From positions 71,982,001-72,046,000 of the forward strand of contig OX597822.1 in assembly GCA_951406725.2 (NCBI GenBank): a stretch of 64,000 bases of DNA. Direction: 5' to 3'. Source of the stretch: Octopus vulgaris (lineage: Eukaryota). Both the position numbers and the translations under genes were made by a program. Positions 1-9,964 of the stretch are shown piece after piece (positions within the stretch are counted from its first letter, which is position 1; each line of letters begins with the position of its first letter). The notes beneath the pieces were generated by a model, which saw nothing but the letters and a program-made list of their open reading frames with translations, was not told the origin of the DNA and searched no databases.

Positions 1-440
1 GCTATTGAGGCACGCCAGCACGTTTGCAGCGTTGCTGCGGGTGATGGCGAGGCTGATGCGCTGGAACAGCCAAGCATTCTCATGAGCCTCACCAGTTACC
101 TCTGCAAGGCGAGTTGCCAGTGAAGACAGGAATCTCGCAGTTAGTGACCCGAACCCACCAAACGTCTCGAACGCCACAGGATGGAAAATGTAATTGGCAG
201 ACAAATCGCGGTATTTCAGGATTTTGATCCCCTCGGCCGCAGAAGCAGTGGATCTCGCCCTGACCCCAGGACCCAGGATGTGAAAAGAACCAAAGGAGTC
301 GCTAACTGTGACATACCAGACAAAGCATCTGCCTCGCGACCAGGAGCAAAGGGCGAGGCTGTCAGGTCTTTTCCCATCACATACGAAGTAAAAACAGAAG
401 CAACGGGAATTCGAGCGCGAGACAAATATTTTAACTGCAA
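1..440 (-). mobile_element. CRE-like non-LTR retrotransposon, C-terminal restriction-like endonuclease (RLE) fragment; 5'-truncated, runs off the window edge
   Basis: A minus-strand frame absent from the ORF track reads DGKRPDSLALCSWSRGRCFVWYVTVSDSF...AAEGIKILKYRDLSANYIFHPVAFETFGGFG...WLFQRISLAITRSNAANVL. This matches the DGKRPD..W.RG..WDVT..AE..K..KY..F.P.A.ET.G..QRLS.A..RGNA pattern of CRE-clade RLE domains. There is a frameshift upstream of DGKRPD, and WDV reads WYV. Confidence 0.8.
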
Positions 441-714
441 CGCAATTGCAGATCAAGTCTCATACCATATATTTTACCTATAATTTTTAGCGTTTAATTA
501 TGCTTTAAGCTTGTATTAAATAACTTTTCCGTTGTATTCACGTATCGTTTTGAGTTAAATAATAAAAAGAAAGAGAAGCGAGGTTTATTTTTACTACATT
601 AACTGTTATCTCCCTTGGATTATAAAAATTTAGGTTGATGCGAAAAAGGGAGATAATTCTTTCAAGCCTGGTGTTCCTTTAGAGAAAAATATCATTTATC
701 CTTTACTTTTTTTT

Positions 715-925
715 ATAATTTAACTACGGCCATGCTGGGGCACCGCCTTGAAGGGATTTACTCGAACAAATCCATCCCAGTTCTTATGTTTTTTATTTTC
801 ATTTTTCAAGTCTGACATTTATACTATCGGTTAATTTTGCCTAACTGGTAGCTTATGTGGACATAAACAAACCAACATCTGTTGTCAAGTGATAGTAGTG
901 GGCCAACACACAGACACACATGTAT
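715..925 (-). mobile_element. Degenerate 3' half of the dominant tRNA-derived SINE (here called family A)
   Basis: ggccatgctggggcaccgcc is the reverse complement of the family A tail; followed by body sequence and a microsatellite. Confidence 0.6.
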
Positions 926-1000
926 GTATGTATGTATGTATGTATGTATGTATGTATGTATGTATATATATCTATCTATATATCTATCTATCTATCTATC

Positions 1001-1032
<32 letters not shown>

Positions 1033-1212
1033 GTATTATTATATTACCTATTGATTTATATAATATTTTGTTTGCTTTTGATGTTCTCATTTGTAAAATG
1101 AATAAATAATGTAACATTGTAATATCCGTAAGTTGATGAACAAACTGAATTTGTTTTTCCATTTTCTTATTTGTATTATATATATATATTAATACAGTTC
1201 TATATGCCCACT

Positions 1213-1463
1213 GGCATATGACGTAGTGATTAAGAGTGTGGGCTACTAACCACAAGATTACGAGTTCGATTCCAGGTAGTGACCTGAATAATAATAAAAA
1301 GAAGAAGAAGAAGGACAACAACAAAATTGAAAAATACCTCAGAAATGAGAACCCAAGTTCGAAATTTCCCCAAGGCACCTGATGAAGGCTGGAGGGTGTA
1401 TCAGCCGGAACGTGTTAACAACAAACAAGATGAGGACAAATATCCGTTAAATGAAAATAATGC
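1213..1463 (+). mobile_element. SINE-like element: tRNA-type Pol III head plus a tail with a degenerate hammerhead-like motif
   Basis: A-box-like TGACGTAGTGA at 1219 and B-box GAGTTCGATTCC at 1262-1273. An (AAT/AAG/AAC) linker follows, then CTGATGA-A-GGCTG..CAGCC-GGAAC at 1379-1411. Confidence 0.65.
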
Positions 1464-1744
1464 ATATATATATATTAATATTTATATTTTCACTTAGGCA
1501 TGGCAAGACTAACAACCTGGAGTAGAACTCAATATACGTTTCAGAACAAAGTGTTTGATGAGTCTAGAACAGTAATATGAAAAAGAGATAACACAGGAAA
1601 ACAATGTTTATGTTATGAACTTCATTAGCTTACAGCTGTTTCTGCTATAAGATGTGGTGGACTCGTAGTTGAGTGCCTGTGTCATGTCTTTTTCTTATAC
1701 ATACATTCATACATACATACATATATATGTATGTATGTATGTAT

Positions 1745-2110
1745 CAAGGCTGTATCATGCGCGGGGACATAGAAATAATCGGACTGAATACCTGATCGCA
1801 CAGTTAAACCATTGGGAGTGAAGGACTCCTAGTCTTTGTTAGGGCATTCTTCTAGGAGAAGGTAACTCAGTTAACTGGGATAACTCCAACATAAAACCTG
1901 CGGCTTAGTGGTTACCGATGATGTTGACTTGTTCTTCTTTTCGGATTATGGCTGCTGTTGCTTAGTGAGTGGGATTGACTCAGTGCACAGCCTTTCCTCA
2001 CTTTAAAAAAAATCTTCTTGCTCAGGCATTGCACGATGACAACATTGATTAAGCTTCGTGCAATGGCCATACTCGATAACGAGGGGGCAGCCAGCATGTA
2101 TGTATGTATA
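1745..2110 (+). mobile_element. Probable RTE-derived non-autonomous retroposon (5' and 3' RTE-like ends), inserted in (TATG)n
   Basis: ctaggagaaggtaactc resembles RTE 5'-UTR motifs; ends ...ggccatactcgataacgagggggcagccagcatg(tatg)n like RTE 3' ends; no ORF. Confidence 0.35.
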
Positions 2111-2142
2111 TTTGGTCTCTTATATGTAAGTATATATATGTA

Positions 2143-2700
2143 TCATCATCATCATCATCATCATTTAGCGTCCGCTTTCCATGCTAGCATGGGTTGGACG
2201 GTTCAACTGGGGTCTGGGAAGCCATAAGGCTGCACCAGGCCCAGTTTGATCTGGCAATGTTTCTACGGCTGGATGCCCTTCCTAACACCAACCACTCCGT
2301 GAGTGTAGTGGGTGCTTTTTACATGCCATATATATATATAGAGAGAGAAAGAAAAAGAGAGAGAGAGCTGGATGGATGGATCATTGGATTAATGGATAGA
2401 TGGACATGTATATCATCATCATCATCATTTTACGTCTGCTTTCCATGCTGGCATGGGTTAGAAGATTTGACTGAAAAGTGGTGAGCCTGGGTGTTGCACT
2501 AGGTTCCGATCTGATTTGGCAAGGTTTCTACAGCTGGATTCCCTTCCTAATGCCAACCACTTCGAGAGTGTAGCGGGTGTTTTCTATGTGCCACTGGCAC
2601 GGGTGCCATTGACCTGACAATAGCATTGGCCATGACTACAGTCTCACTTGACTTGACAGGTCTACACAAACACAGTATACTGCCGAAGGTCTTGATCCCC
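2143..2700 (-). mobile_element. Two RTE-type 3' tail copies (2143-2326 and 2412-2700)
   Basis: (CAT)n followed by ttccatgctagcatgggttggacgg...ctggatgcccttcctaac; the same tail terminates the RTE ORF-bearing copies at 19714 and 58418. Confidence 0.75.
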
Positions 2701-3059
2701 CCCACACACACATACACACACACATACTCACACACACACACACACACATAGTATGGGCTTCTTCAGTTTCCATCTACCAATTCCACTTGCAAGGATTTGG
2801 TCGGCCCGAGGCTCTAGTAGAACACACTTGCCCAAGGTGCCATGCAGTGGGTCTGAACCCAGAACCATGTGTTTGGGAAGCAAGCTTCTTACCACACATA
2901 TATGGCAATCCTTCAGTATTGGTAGATGACATCATTCGCCCACACAACCTTCCCTCATGGCATAGACAAAGAGGCTAGGATGAAAAACAGGATGAATGAT
3001 AACTTCTCCTATTACTGACACTGCATATCAATACTAAAGGATCGTCATATATATATAGA

Positions 3060-3070
3060 TGGTGGTGGTG

Positions 3071-3139
<69 letters not shown>

Positions 3140-3140
3140 T
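3060..3140. repeat. (GGT)n(AGT)n microsatellite
   Basis: Directly visible. Confidence 0.95.
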
Positions 3141-3267
3141 CCTATGATATAAGTGGTGTGTATATATAGTGTAGGCTCGAAACATAAAAGACTTTTCCGT
3201 TCTTCCCAAGCGTTAAACTAGTACACCTGCTTGTTGTTCATCCACCTGTCTTAGTCTTTTTGCTTTT

Positions 3268-3444
3268 GCAGGAATGGCTGTGTGGTAAGTAGCTTGCTTA
3301 CCAGCAACATAGTTCCAGGTTCATTCCCACTGTGTGGCACCTTGGGCAAGTGTTGTTCTACTATAGCCTTGGGCTGACCAAAGCCTTGTGAGTGGATTTG
3401 TTAGACGGAAACTGAAAGAAGTCCATCGTATATATATATATATA

Positions 3445-3499
<55 letters not shown>

Positions 3500-3716
3500 A
3501 TGTTTGTGTATTTGTGTTTTTCCCCCCAACATCGCTTGACAACCGATGCTGGTGTGTTTACATCCCCGTAACTCAGCGGTTTGGCAAAAGAGACTCATAG
3601 AATAAGTACTATGCTTCAAAAGAATAAGTCCTGGGGTCGATTTGCTTGACTAAAGGCGGTGCTCCAGCATGGCCACAGTCAAATGACTGGAACAAGTAAA
3701 AGAGAAAGAGAAAAGA
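3268..3716 (+). mobile_element. Family A SINE (tRNA head, CORE-like ccttgggcaagtg, internal (TA/TG)n, CR1-like tail)
   Basis: tggctgtgtggtaagtagcttgctt...ggttcattcccact...ccttgggcaagtg...ggcggtgctccagcatggccacagtcaaatgactgg; roughly 20 copies in the window. Confidence 0.9.
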
Positions 3717-3973
3717 AAAAATATATGGTAACTGATTCACCTTTGCAGATGATTGCCGCCTCCCCATGTCCCCCCCCTCCATCAACCATCATCATCAGCT
3801 CCAAAAGTCTGTCCATGATCCCTTGGACGGCTTGTGAGATGTCATCCTTATGTACCCTCGTATGCCTTTTAAGACCAGACATGAATGAGTAAAAACTACC
3901 AAAACAACTTTTTTACAGTCAATTACACACTGGGAAATGTCCTCAGCGTAAACCAAGAAAATTATATAAAGAT

Positions 3974-4051
<78 letters not shown>

Positions 4052-4054
<3 letters not shown>

Positions 4055-4628
4055 GGTCATCCCATAAATAATCCTTTCTACTCTAGGCACAAGGCCTGAA
4101 ATTTTTAGGGAGGGGGCCAGTTGATTAGATTGACCCTAGTACGCAAGTGGTACTTAATTTATTGACTCCGAAAGGATGATAGGCAAAGTTGACCTCAGCA
4201 GAATTTGAACTCAGAATATAAAGACAAACGAAATAAATAACACTAAGCATTTCGCATGGCATGCTAACATTTCTGTCACCTCACTGCCTTACCTCACCCC
4301 ATAAATAATGTAGTTTTTTCCATAGCATGAACTAAAAGTCAGAGGGGGACAGGATAAACTACCTGCATCAACTTGTTATAAAAGCAGGTAGTAATTTTAC
4401 CTTGTCTTTATTCTTGGTGCAAGTTTTGAAGAGTGCAGTTCGATTTCATTTTCAAAGTTATTTTTTCAAAGCTCCAATGAAAGTGACAAAGGAGCATATT
4501 CAGCATACTTTGCTTTATAAGTTCAATGAAGGCAACAATGCCATGGAAAGTGTGAGGAATATTAATGCAGTATATGGGGATTGGACAATAAGCATAAGCC
4601 ACTGTCAACAGTGGTTCCAGAAATTCTT

Positions 4629-4630
<2 letters not shown>
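4052..4630 (+). mobile_element. Mariner transposon 5' end (TIR plus N-terminal HTH), interrupted by a SINE
   Basis: TIR-like ttgggtcatcccataaataat follows (TA)n. From 4477 the frame reads MKVTKEHIQHTLLYKFNEGNNAMESVRNINAVYGD...CQQWFQKF, a Mos1/Hsmar-type N-terminus. Confidence 0.8.
4073..4292 (-). mobile_element. Family B SINE (Meta-like central domain) inserted in the mariner TIR
   Basis: Reverse-complement gcctatcatcctttcggagtcaataaattaagtacc domain; TSD cccataaataat at 4061-4072 and 4298-4309. Confidence 0.8.
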
Positions 4631-4667
<37 letters not shown>

Positions 4668-4686
4668 CAGTAGTAATAGTAGTGTG

Positions 4687-5022
4687 AAGGCGCATGGCTC
4701 AGTGGTTAGAGCATCGAACTTACGATCGTGAGGTTGTGAGTTTGATTCCCGGACCGGGCTGTGTGTTGTGTTCTTGAGCAAGAAACTTTATTTCATGTTG
4801 CTCCAGTTAACTCAGCTGTAGAAATAAGTTGCGATGTCATAGGTGCCAAGCTGTATCAGCCCCTTTGCCTTTCCCTTGGATAACACTGATGGCGTGGAGA
4901 GGGGAGGCTGGTATGCATGGGCGACTGCTGGCCTTCCATAAACAACCTTGCCCGGACTTGTACCTCGGAGGGTAACTTTCTAGGTGCAATTGCATGGTCA
5001 TTCATGACTGAAGGGAGTCTTC
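4687..5022 (+). mobile_element. tRNA-derived CORE-like SINE (family C) within (AGT)n
   Basis: A-box tggctcagtgg, B-box-like gagtttgattcc, cttgagcaag...gctccagttaactcagctg. Confidence 0.8.
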
Positions 5023-5299
5023 CAATAGTAGTAGTAGTAGCAGCAGCAGCCTTAGTAAAAGTCAACCTTTCTTTCCCAATTAGCAAATTGGCATAAAGAG
5101 AAGGTCATAAAGTTTCGTTAGTTCTTGCCTTAAGGACATCCCTGTTTGGCCTGAAAAGTTACTCAAATGATGAGGTTCATGCACCAGACCAGCTGATCCT
5201 CCTTCTCCTCCTCATCATCATTTAATGTCTGTTTTCCATGCTATCATGGGTTGGACAGTTTGACAGGAGCTGGCTAGGCAGAGGACTACACCAGGCCTC

Positions 5300-6125
5300 A
5301 CTGGCAGGGATTTTATGGCTGGATGCCCTTCCTAACATCAATCACTTCACATAGTAGACAGTACTTTTCATGTGACACCAAGACTGGCAAGATCTGTTTT
5401 GGCAGGGTTTTTATGGCTTGATGCCCTCCCAACATTAATCCCCTCACATAGTGAACAGTACTTTTTACGTGGCACCAGGCTCAGTGAGGTCTGTTTTGGC
5501 AGGGTTTTTATGGCTTGATGCCCTTCCCAACATCAACCACCTCACATAGAGGGCAATACTTTTTACGTGGCACTAGGCCCAGCAAGGTCTGATTTGGCAT
5601 GGTTTAGAGGACAGTACTTTTTACTTGACACCAGGACCAGCAAGATCTGTTTTGGCAGGGTTTTTATGGTTGGATACCCTTCCCAGCATTAACCCCCTCA
5701 CATAGTGGATGGTACATTTTACATGGCTCCAGGCCTAGTGAAGTATGTTTTGGCAGGGTTTTCATGGCTGGATGCCCTTCCTAACATCAACCCCCTCACA
5801 TAGTGAACAGTAGATTTTAAATGACACCAGGCCCAGTGAGGTCTATTTTGGCAGGGATTTCATGGCTGGATGCCCTTTCTAACATCAACTCTCTCACATA
5901 ATGGACAGTACTCTTTACATGGCACCAAGCCCAGTGATTTCTATTTTTGCAGGGTTCTTATGGCTGGATGCCCTTCCTAATATCAACCACTTCACATAAT
6001 GGACAGTACTTTTTACGTGGGACCAGGCCCAGCGAGGTCTGATTTGACATGGTTTTTATGGCTGGATGCCCTTCCTAACACCATTCACCTTACAGAGTAG
6101 ACAGAGTGATTTTTACGTGGCACCC
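5300..6125. repeat. Tandem array of ~98-bp units derived from the RTE 3' tail
   Basis: Unit tggcagggtttttatggctggatgcccttcctaacatcaacc..cacatagtggacagtactttttacgtggcaccaggcccag recurs at about 5302, 5400, 5497, 5595 (partial), 5653, 5751, 5849, 5947 and 6045. Confidence 0.9.
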
Positions 6126-6432
6126 TCACTAGATATTGGTCGTAATTTCACTTTATTTGATGAGACAATAGTTGTGGTTTCTTTACAAGGTTCACTTCTT
6201 TTGCCATGTCATAAAAAAAAGGCTGATTATAGGCTAGCATACAGTCATGTTCTGTGTGGATGTGTCCTTAGTATCAGTTTTCTAATATTCTAAGGTTACT
6301 GACGATTTTTGTTGATTATAGTGTTCGGCCTATTTATAGTATGAATTGTCTTATAAAATAGATAACACAAGATTTATGAGGTATTCTGAAGTTGTTTAAA
6401 CTACTGCATTTCGCTTATCAGCTTTTAATTTT

Positions 6433-6445
6433 ATGTGTGTGTGTG

Positions 6446-6499
<54 letters not shown>

Positions 6500-6516
6500 A
6501 TATATATATGTATATA

Positions 6517-6556
<40 letters not shown>

Positions 6557-6581
6557 GTATTTATATAAATATATATATGTA

Positions 6582-6621
<40 letters not shown>

Positions 6622-6645
6622 CACACACGTATGTATGTATGTATG

Positions 6646-6695
<50 letters not shown>

Positions 6696-6825
6696 CATAT
6701 AAATAAATATATATACATACATATAAATAAATATATATATATATATATACATAAAAATATATATATGTGTGTGTGTGTGTGTGTGTATGAATGTATGTAT
6801 ATATCTGTGTATATATACATATATA
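6433..6825. repeat. Compound (TG)n/(TA)n/(TATG)n microsatellite
   Basis: Directly visible; source of the spurious YIYI ORFs. Confidence 0.95.
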
Positions 6826-6988
6826 TGTTTTATTAATAAGGCTGCAAAAAAAAAAAAAGAACTGTTACTCAGAGTTTCACCTCCCATTCATCGGACAGTC
6901 TCTCAACCAAAACTGTCCGACAAACGGGAACGTGAAACTCTGAGTAACAGATTTTGTGTTATCTTTGCAGCTTTTTAATAAAGCATAT
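6822..6988. mobile_element. Palindromic element (inverted PLE pseudo-LTR-like arms) with a hammerhead-like motif on each arm
   Basis: CTGTTACTCAGAGTTTCAC (6862-6880) and GTGAAACTCTGAGTAACAG (6932-6950) form a perfect 19-bp IR, which extends inward via tcggacagt/actgtccga and outward via tttattaataaggctgcaaa/tttgcagctttttaataaa. Confidence 0.7.
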
Positions 6989-7056
6989 TACTCTACTTCC
7001 GGTATTCGAGTACTATTTTTCCACCTTGTTTCACATTTATGTGCTTACACTTGTAT

Positions 7057-7099
<43 letters not shown>

Positions 7100-7330
7100 C
7101 AAAGCATGGGGGTTTAGTTGACAGATGATCTAAGCGATTAAGTATGCTAGTTAAGTGCTGTAACAGATTACTGGGGCTCCATGTTTATAGTTGAGACAGT
7201 AGTTATGGAGCCATTACAGATTTCCAATGCAGCGGATATATAATTGTTAAAGAGGACAAACAAGCGTTAAGGCAAGGCAAACATCTTAAGTCATATACAT
7301 TATTATTATTATAAGAAGAAATTCAAAATA

Positions 7331-7385
7331 TTTCAGCTGTTTCTGGGATATCCTCAAGTATGGGATATTCCATCATCAGAGACAA
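7331..7385 (-). ncRNA. Degenerate minimal type-I hammerhead ribozyme motif (PLE-type)
   Basis: Minus strand reads CTGATGA-TGGAATATCC-catacttga-GGATATCCCA-GAAA-CAGCTG-AA; the expected U16.1 is replaced by A. Confidence 0.55.
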
Positions 7386-7419
7386 ATAGGGAAAATGAAA
7401 ATGGTATACACTTTACTCT

Positions 7420-7826
7420 TACTCTTTTACTTGTTTCAGTCATTTGACTGCGGCCATGCTGGAGCACTGCCTTTAATCGAGCAACTCGACCCCGGAATTT
7501 ATTCTTTTGTAAGCCCAGTACTTATTCTATCGGTCTCTTTTGCCGAACCGCTATGTAACGAGGACATAAACACACCAGCATCAGTTGTCAAGCAATGCTA
7601 GGAGGACAAACACAGACATACAAACACACACACGCATATATATATATATATATACATATATACGACGGGCTTCTTTCAGTTTCCGTCTACCAAATCCACT
7701 CACAAGGCTTTGGTCGGCCCGAGGCTATAGTAGAAAACACTTGCCCAAGGTGCCACGCAGTGGGACTGAACCCAGAACCATGTGGTTGGTAAACAAGCTA
7801 CTTACCACACAGCCACTCTTGCGCCT
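7420..7826 (-). mobile_element. Family A SINE, full length
   Basis: Reverse complement of the family A head, body and tail. Confidence 0.9.
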
Positions 7827-8254
7827 GTATATGTTAATAAGATGACAATATAGAGGAAGGGAGTAAAAGAATAAAGAGATGGAAGGAGAGAAGAAAAAAG
7901 AAGCATAAAAGTTCATAGTTCAACTTTTCTAAGTTATAGAAACCAGAGCATGAGTCCTTAGGCGCAATCCTGCATAGATCCATGAGTGTAAGACTTTAGG
8001 TACAATCCTGCACATACCCATGTGGGTTAAAGTCCTGATATAGTAGACATTCCAAGAAAAAAATGTAAACATATCAATGTTCATTAACCTGTTATTGAAT
8101 GTTGATATGTTCACATCTTCACGCTTCCACTGCTAGAAGCCACTTGATGTGACTCTCAGGCATCAGTATGCCAACTGGCATCGTTAAGTGTAGCCCTACT
8201 ACCACATGGTGCGTCTTTGCTTTGTAGTGTTTCTCTCCTGTGGATTTTTGTGAC

Positions 8255-9388
8255 GGATGAATTGAAGGAATAGCATGCTTCTATGAAATTCTGTTTTCTG
8301 CTGGAGAAAACAGCCACCAAAACAGTTGTCATGCGCTAACAGCTTACAAGGATGCTGTCATGAGCAAAACACAAGTTTATGAGTGGTTTCCGTGCTTTAA
8401 GAATGGTCACTTATCGCTTGAAGATCAACCTCGTCCAGGGTATTCATCAACCATCTGAATGAATGAAATCATCATAAAAATTCATGAATTATAGGCACAG
8501 AAGGGGCTGTGTGGTAAGTAGCTTGCTTACCAACTACATGGTTCTGGGTTCATTCCCACTGCATGGCACCTTGCGCAAGTATCTTCTACTGTAGCCTTGG
8601 GCTGACCAAAGCCTTGTGAGTGGATCTGGTAGACGGAAACTGAAAGAAGCCCGTTGTATATATGTATATATATATGCATGTGTGTGTATATGTTTGTGTG
8701 TTTGTGTTTGTCTCCCCAACATCGCTTGACAACTGATGGTGGTGTGTTTACGTCCCGGTAACTTAGCGGTTCAGCAAAAGAGTCCGATAGAATAAGTGCT
8801 AGGCTTCCAAAGTATAAGTCCTGGGGTCAATTTGCTCGACTAAAGGCGGTGCTCCAGCATGGCCACAGTCAAATGACTGAAACAAGTAAAAGAGAGTAAA
8901 AGAGAGTAACTGATCTTGGAGGACCATCACCAAACAATTGACGAATTTGTTGATATGAGTGGTATGTCCTGAAGCTCCTGCCAACGAATTTTGAGCAAGG
9001 AGTTGCGAATGAAAAGAGTTGCAGCAAAATTTGTGCCTCGCTTGCTCATGGAAGATCAAAAGGAGTCACGAGTGAATGCATGTAGTGAACTGAAAGAACA
9101 GTTGGAAGTGTGATCCGGACCTTTTTTCAAAAGTCATCTCTGATGATGAAAGCTGGTGCTACGGAGTTTGCAGATGTGGAAGAGATGAAGAAAAATACGA
9201 CAGAGGCGTTAAAAGGCATCACATTGCAATAGATCCAACACTACTTCAAATAGTGGAAAACACGGCTTGATTGATGCAATGCTTCAAATGGAGAATACTT
9301 TGAAGGCGATATAAGTGTAAACATGTTAAAACTAAGTGAATAAAAGAAATATTGCAAAATTCCACTTTCTTTTGGGTACCCCTTCATA
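8255..9388 (+). mobile_element. Internally deleted, decayed mariner transposon, split by a family A SINE (8494-8907)
   Basis: Frames read MKFCFLLEKTATKT..AYKDAVMSKTQVYEWF..FKNGHLSLEDQPRPG, then RMKRVAAKFVPRLL..DQKESRV, SKVISDDESWCYG joined directly to FADVEEMKK..NGEYFEGD. Right end ...gggtaccccttcata. Confidence 0.85.
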
Positions 9389-9964
9389 TGCAGCCACAGA
9401 CTTCACAGGCTAGCTGGGAAATTGTAGGGACAACAGAATTGTCTTTTGGTGCTGATCTCCTTATGTGTGACCATTTATTTGCATTTTGCCTGCACCACCC
9501 CCTCAGTTTGTATATAACTTAGAACATTAGGATTATTTCATACAACCCATTTATTATGTTAAATATTTATTTTTAAGGTAAAAAAATAGATAGAAATATG
9601 TATTTATCTGTGAAGATATAATGTGGCTTTAAAAAACATAATAAACTCTTGAATATCCTTAACTCAGTTATAGTCTAATATTTAATTACCAAATTATTTA
9701 ACAAAATAATCACTATTCATATTTTTAGATTTAAGTTCACATCTAATAATTATAAAATATCTAAAAATAAGTATCTAAATTATAATCAACAAATATAGTA
9801 ATTAAAATCTAAAATTTACTCTATCAATAAATATATAGACATATAATGACAAATAAATAAATTAATTAGTCCATTATTACTTACATAAATATTATAAATA
9901 TCAATATAATATATTTATGAAATACATTTAAAAATTAAAGATTAAAAATCAAATTAAAAATGTA

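Noticed and set aside
181-483. 100-aa plus-strand ORF
   Set aside because: Antisense shadow of the CRE-like RLE frame; no recognisable motif.
3679-3960. GLKRHTRVH resembling a C2H2 zinc-finger exon on the minus strand
   Set aside because: The CxxC half is missing and there is no convincing acceptor; more likely a decayed RTE-type 3' end.
4687-4760. tRNA-like sequences with A/B boxes (also 1213, 16573, 57000-57069)
   Set aside because: No complete cloverleaf or acceptor stem; each continues into a SINE body, so these are SINE heads rather than tRNA genes.
5300-6125. Regularly spaced repeats superficially like a CRISPR array
   Set aside because: Units are contiguous with no unique spacers, derive from an RTE tail, lie in a eukaryotic context, and there are no cas genes.
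6431-6978. Multiple YIYI/CMYV ORFs (also near 880, 3400, 18000-18600, 24415 and 45140-45490)
   Set aside because: Translations of microsatellites.
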